From a bacterium (GTDB lineage: Bacteria; Hinthialibacterota; Hinthialibacteria; Hinthialibacterales; Hinthialibacteraceae): a stretch of DNA of 64,000 bases. The notes under the pieces are model-generated. The model saw only the letters and a program-made list of their open reading frames with translations, was not told the origin of the DNA and did no database searches. The stretch spans positions 736,001-800,000 of the forward strand of contig CAXXMV010000002.1 of NCBI GenBank assembly GCA_963662285.2, written 5' to 3'. Below, piece by piece: positions 60,807 through 64,000 of the stretch. The position numbers were made by a program, and so were the translations under genes. How positions within the stretch are numbered: position 1 is the first letter of the stretch; every line of letters starts with the position of its first letter.

Positions 60807-60929
60807 TGACTAAACGGTAAAAAGTATAAAACTGTTTTTGTAACCACAATACTTAGTGGGTATTCATAAGACTTAAAGACAAGATGTAGCCCTAGTTTCG
60901 TCTTTCATCCACTTTTTGCCGACTCATCA
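60807..60929. mobile_element. 123-bp MITE, copy 2
   Basis: Same element as 47834-47956; flanked by TACTA direct repeat. Confidence 0.85.
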
Positions 60930-60987
60930 TACTATTACAGATTACTTTTTATTGGATTGAAATAGGGTAAAGGGGCAACTTTTTTAG

Positions 60988-61809
60988 ATGACCAACCAAA
61001 TTTTCACCCTCATCGCATTGAGTCAGGTGGGAGACGCCACTCAAACTGTAGCCGGAAGAGTGTCTGCTGGAGGGGCTATATCGGGCGTATTATCCAGTTC
61101 ATTTCTGGCTCTTTTAATTTATATAATACTGATCATTCTTTCCATTGCTACATGGGGCATTATCATTAAAAAACTGTTCGATCTGTATATCGAACGCAAC
61201 AAAGCCAAAGAATTCCGACGCCGTTTTCAAGGCCTGGAAGGTAATATTGTCGCTTTAGCTCAAGCGGGCATTCTTCCAGCCAATAGTCCAGCCCGGCTTT
61301 TCGTCTCTGCCTACGAAGAACTACGTCTTTGGGCTACGCTTGACCGCAGCCATAACTGCATTATTGCAGAAAGGCCTGTAGTTCCTGCTCTGGAACGCAC
61401 CCTTGACCGGACTATTGAACTGGAGAAAGAACGCTGGGAGCGAGGCACTACATTTCTCGCCACCGTAGCCAGCATCTCACCTCTACTGGGTCTGCTGGGA
61501 ACCGTTTGGGGCATCTATATGGCCTTCCAACAAATGGGTCAAATGGATACCGCCAGCCTCAGCACTGTCGCTCCAGGAATATCTGAAGCCTTACTTACCA
61601 CCGTTGCAGGTTTACTTGTGGCGATTCCAGCCGTTTTTGCTCATAACTGGATTTTACGCGCCGTCCGGAATATCGAAACTCAATTGGAGAGTTTCGCCTA
61701 TGAGATTATCAATCATTTCGACCGGCAGATCGTAATTGGCAAAATACCGCAGAACTCAGCGGTGCAGTCGAAACTTGCGTCGAAAAGGAAACCTAGTGGG
61801 ACTTCGTAA
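60988..61809 (+). CDS. tolQ: MotA/TolQ/ExbB proton channel protein
   Basis: SPLLGLLGTVWGI, VAPGISEALLTTVAGLLVAIPA; operon with tolB. Confidence 0.85.
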   Translation: MTNQIFTLIALSQVGDATQTVAGRVSAGGAISGVLSSSFLALLIYIILIILSIATWGIIIKKLFDLYIERNKAKEFRRRFQGLEGNIVALAQAGILPANSPARLFVSAYEELRLWATLDRSHNCIIAERPVVPALERTLDRTIELEKERWERGTTFLATVASISPLLGLLGTVWGIYMAFQQMGQMDTASLSTVAPGISEALLTTVAGLLVAIPAVFAHNWILRAVRNIETQLESFAYEIINHFDRQIVIGKIPQNSAVQSKLASKRKPSGTS

Positions 61810-62212
61810 AGTTCGATATCGTCGAGAAGCTTTTGCAGAAGTAAACATGACGAATTTGATCGATATCGTCATGGTTTTGCTTATAGTATTCATTCTGGTT
61901 TCCAATTTTGTCCAGACCAGTTTGAATATAAAAGTACCTGAAGTTCGTTATGCTGAATCATCAGGCAAGGAAAAAATCATCGTTGAGGTCAACAAAAGCG
62001 GCGAATTTTCTCTGAATGGAGTAAGAAAAACCGAAGAAGAACTCAAGGCGGAATTGACTATCCTCAGAGAGCAGATGCCTGATGAAGGATTATTCATACG
62101 GGCCGATGAACTGGCCGCCTTTGGTGATGTATCCCAAATCATGTCTCTGGGTACGTTGGTTGGATTTAAGGATCTTAAACTCCCGATGCGAATGAAGCGG
62201 GATAATAAATAA
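61796..62212 (+). CDS. tolR: TolR/ExbD family protein
   Basis: EVNMTNLIDIVMVLLIVF, IRAD; GTG start at 61796. Confidence 0.85.
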   Translation: MGLRKVRYRREAFAEVNMTNLIDIVMVLLIVFILVSNFVQTSLNIKVPEVRYAESSGKEKIIVEVNKSGEFSLNGVRKTEEELKAELTILREQMPDEGLFIRADELAAFGDVSQIMSLGTLVGFKDLKLPMRMKRDNK

Positions 62213-62227
62213 AGTGGTGATGCTGCA

Positions 62228-62992
62228 ATGAGAGATAGAACGGCTTTTATCTTCTCTGTAATATTCCATATAGGATTGATACTCTACTTCTCCATTTCTA
62301 TCCGTGCGCAATTCAAGATTTCCCCGCAATCTAACCAAAAATATATGAAATTTAATCTGGCTCAGCAAAATCAAGTGGAACCAACCGTCAAACCCGAACC
62401 GACTAAACCCAAGCCTGAGCCAACCAAGCCAAAACCTGAACCAACCAAGAAAAAAGTATCGAAGGATACTATTAAAAATCTGCAAGATAAATTAAAAACT
62501 CCAACCAAGAAACCGATAAAGAAAAAGACGCCTACTCCGCGTCCAACCCATAAACCTGAACCTACAGCAACCCCTAAACTATCAGCGGCGCCGACGGCTG
62601 TTCCGACTCCGGTAAATAAAATTCCGCTAAGTCAAGCGAATAATAATCCTTTGATTAAACCGGTAACAAGTGAGTTTTCCATCCAAGGCGACCCCAATGC
62701 GCCTTATGATTTTAATTTTTATGGCGTTGTGTTAAGCAATCAACTGAGCCGCGCCTGGAAGGAACCCACTGTAATTCGCCCCCAAAGGCAGGATTATACT
62801 ACCGTTGCATCGTTTACGATTCATAGGGATGGCAGCATTACCAATATTAAACTCGTTCAGGAATCAGGATGGCCTATTCTTGATAAATCTGTATTGGATG
62901 CCATAAACAAAGCTAATCCAGTGGAAGCGCTGCCGTTTGGGTATAAATCTGATAGCATTAATGTAGTCGTTCCATTCATCAAAAAACTTTAA
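62228..62992 (+). CDS. TolA/TonB-family energy transducer
   Basis: N-terminal SVIFH anchor, (PEPTKPK)n linker, FTIHRDGSI...ESGWPILDKSV C-terminal domain. Confidence 0.8.
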   Translation: MRDRTAFIFSVIFHIGLILYFSISIRAQFKISPQSNQKYMKFNLAQQNQVEPTVKPEPTKPKPEPTKPKPEPTKKKVSKDTIKNLQDKLKTPTKKPIKKKTPTPRPTHKPEPTATPKLSAAPTAVPTPVNKIPLSQANNNPLIKPVTSEFSIQGDPNAPYDFNFYGVVLSNQLSRAWKEPTVIRPQRQDYTTVASFTIHRDGSITNIKLVQESGWPILDKSVLDAINKANPVEALPFGYKSDSINVVVPFIKKL

Positions 62993-63118
62993 TGCAATTT
63001 TGTGGATTAACTTCGTAAAACTTATTTACTTAATCGTAAGATACCTTCATAATAGGTTATTCGTTATAATCAATTAACACAAAACATGTAGTTATATAAA
63101 TTACTGTAGATGTACATT

Positions 63119-63151
63119 CCTCTCCCAAGATTGGGAGAGGATAGGAGAGGG
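63119..63151. repeat. REP-like CCTCTCCC...GGGAGAGG palindrome
   Basis: CCTCTCCCAA-GA-TTGGGAGAGG followed by ATAGGAGAGGG. Confidence 0.55.
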
Positions 63152-63243
63152 TTGATATCAACTATCTTCGCAGATGAATAACCAAGAGGAAGAAATACAT
63201 TTTTTTTATTAATTTATTGTGTATTGTAGAAAGGTGTTGAGGA

Positions 63244-64000
63244 ATGAAATCCATTGGTGTAACTATAATAATATCCGTATGTTTAGGGGCTTTGGTCGGT
63301 TTGTCCCATATCAGTTCTGCCATCGCCCAAGAGGGAGCGATTAAACCTCCTCCGGTTATTGGCGATGCTGGTTCACTTCCCAAATTGCTTATTATAAAAC
63401 CATATACTAAAGAATTATTCACCGCCCAAGACCAAATTATAAAAGAGTTCTATGATCTGTTGGTATTCGACCTATCTTTCTCCGGGGCGTTCCAGGTATT
63501 TACTGCGCATGACGTCCCTCAGGCTGATTATGTTCACCGCCAGGATATTGAGGCCGGGAATGTAATATACGAGAATTGGCGCCGCTTGTTGGTTAAGGAA
63601 GAGATGTTTGATTACGTTATAAAGTGCGAATTCGTCCCCCGCGGCGAAGGGCAATTCGAGATCGACATCCTGGTTTATGATATCGTGCAGGGCAATTGCG
63701 CCATTGGAAGCGCTTATGGCAGGGCGCCCAGCGCCGCCTATCCGCGTATATACCTTCGCCGCGTCGGCCATAAAGTTACTGCGGAAATTATCAGTACATT
63801 AAGTGAAGGTAAAATTAAGCCCATCACCGAAACGCGCATTGCTTATGTAAATCACAATTCCGTTAAAAGAACTAAAGAGATTTTCCTGATCGATTACGAT
63901 GGATGGAAAGATAGCATTAAGCAAGTGACTGAGCATAACTCGATTACCCAGTTTCCAGATTGGTCTCCTGATGGAAACGAACTCGCTTATTTATCCTATA
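63244..64000 (+). CDS. tolB: TolB (partial, runs off the window; not in the ORF track)
   Basis: Manual translation: signal peptide MKSIGV..., DLSFSGAF, TRIAYV, EIFLIDYDG, PDWSPDGNELAYLSY. Confidence 0.88.
   Translation, partial: MKSIGVTIIISVCLGALVGLSHISSAIAQEGAIKPPPVIGDAGSLPKLLIIKPYTKELFTAQDQIIKEFYDLLVFDLSFSGAFQVFTAHDVPQADYVHRQDIEAGNVIYENWRRLLVKEEMFDYVIKCEFVPRGEGQFEIDILVYDIVQGNCAIGSAYGRAPSAAYPRIYLRRVGHKVTAEIISTLSEGKIKPITETRIAYVNHNSVKRTKEIFLIDYDGWKDSIKQVTEHNSITQFPDWSPDGNELAYLSY

Noticed and set aside
62378-62450. PEPTKPK tandem repeat
   Set aside because: Ordinary Pro/Lys linker of TonB/TolA proteins

Overview
Bacterial chromosome window from a diderm (tol operon, lipoproteins, Wzm/Wzt). (1) About 1-37.5 kb is a large, mosaic, minus-strand surface-polysaccharide locus. 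It has wzm/wzt, a 1185-aa methyltransferase-FkbM-coiled coil-GT2 protein with three near-identical 72-aa repeats, and a GT-C-like membrane protein. It also has GT2s, a flippase-like protein, eight methyltransferase domains, two radical SAM enzymes and a HAD/kinase/split-transketolase/dehydrogenase sugar module. IS1634, IS5, IS3, IS4 and ISKra4-like elements or remnants interrupt it. (2) 37.9-44.4 kb holds a fucokinase/GDP-fucose pyrophosphorylase that looks animal-FCSK-like, a prophage remnant (XRE repressor, ERF) and an internally deleted IS. (3) 44.5-52 kb is a cluster of secreted proteins: tandem CBM9, a tyrosine phosphatase, a nonsense-broken DNRLRE/metalloprotease gene with a downstream partner, and a WD40 protein. 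Two unrelated proteins here share a short C-terminal V-x-x-W-S-L-[FY] tail. A REPIN-like hairpin and a 123-bp MITE also lie here. (4) 52-64 kb is housekeeping: hemL, tRNA-Met, ndk, a long GreA, tadA, tRNA-Ser, FapA-like, a LysM lipoprotein and tolQ/R/A/B. The best candidates for undescribed biology are the putative C-terminal sorting tail, the modular secreted metalloprotease plus partner pair, the tandem-repeat chain-length ruler, and the animal-like bifunctional fucokinase. All family calls come from reading motifs by eye; no database search was run.
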